From Eledone cirrhosa (Eukaryota), in NCBI GenBank assembly GCA_964016885.1, contig OZ024748.1, forward strand, positions 51,398,001 to 51,462,000: a DNA stretch of 64,000 nt, read 5' to 3'. The notes below the pieces were generated by a model, which saw nothing but the letters and a program-made list of their open reading frames with translations, did no database searches and was not told the DNA's origin. Below are positions 63,876 to 64,000 of the stretch, piece after piece (within the stretch, counting starts at the first letter, position 1; each line of letters starts with the position of its first letter). Made by a program: the position numbers and the translations under genes.

Positions 63876-64000
63876 ATCTTTTTTGTTACCATCATTTATT
63901 GTAAGTATTTGAAGTTTTATAGAAGATATTTAATGCTAGATTTCCCTTGGCATCTTTTACATTAAGATTGAAGTCATATTATCAATAATAATAATAACAA

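Noticed and set aside
62994-63912. Gly-rich and Ile/Thr/Met-rich ORFs
   Set aside because: Derived from (CAC)n/(CAT)n repeats.

Overview
Eukaryotic, AT-rich, repeat-saturated intergenic or intronic DNA. The SINE types, RTE LINEs and (TA)n/(CA)n/(CAT)n density point to an octopod cephalopod (inferred, not proven). I found no convincing host protein-coding gene; nearly all ORFs in the track are translated microsatellites. Main content: (1) a 10.6-kb array of 252 indel-free 42-bp units (42016-52609), open in one frame on each strand throughout, followed by a hammerhead ribozyme and a Penelope-like 3' end; (2) about a dozen sequence-diverse minimal type I hammerhead motifs, mostly in short or fold-back Penelope-like remnants within (TA)n tracts, one attached to a decayed GIY-YIG endonuclease ORF; (3) two tRNA-derived SINE families (Meta/MESC-like and CORE-like), RTE LINE 3' fragments including a nested RTE-in-RTE insertion, and a ~610-bp non-autonomous RTE-derived element; (4) Tc1/mariner and piggyBac-type MITEs, minisatellites, a 200-N gap and one candidate non-coding exon. 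Coordinates were read by eye and may be off by a few bases.
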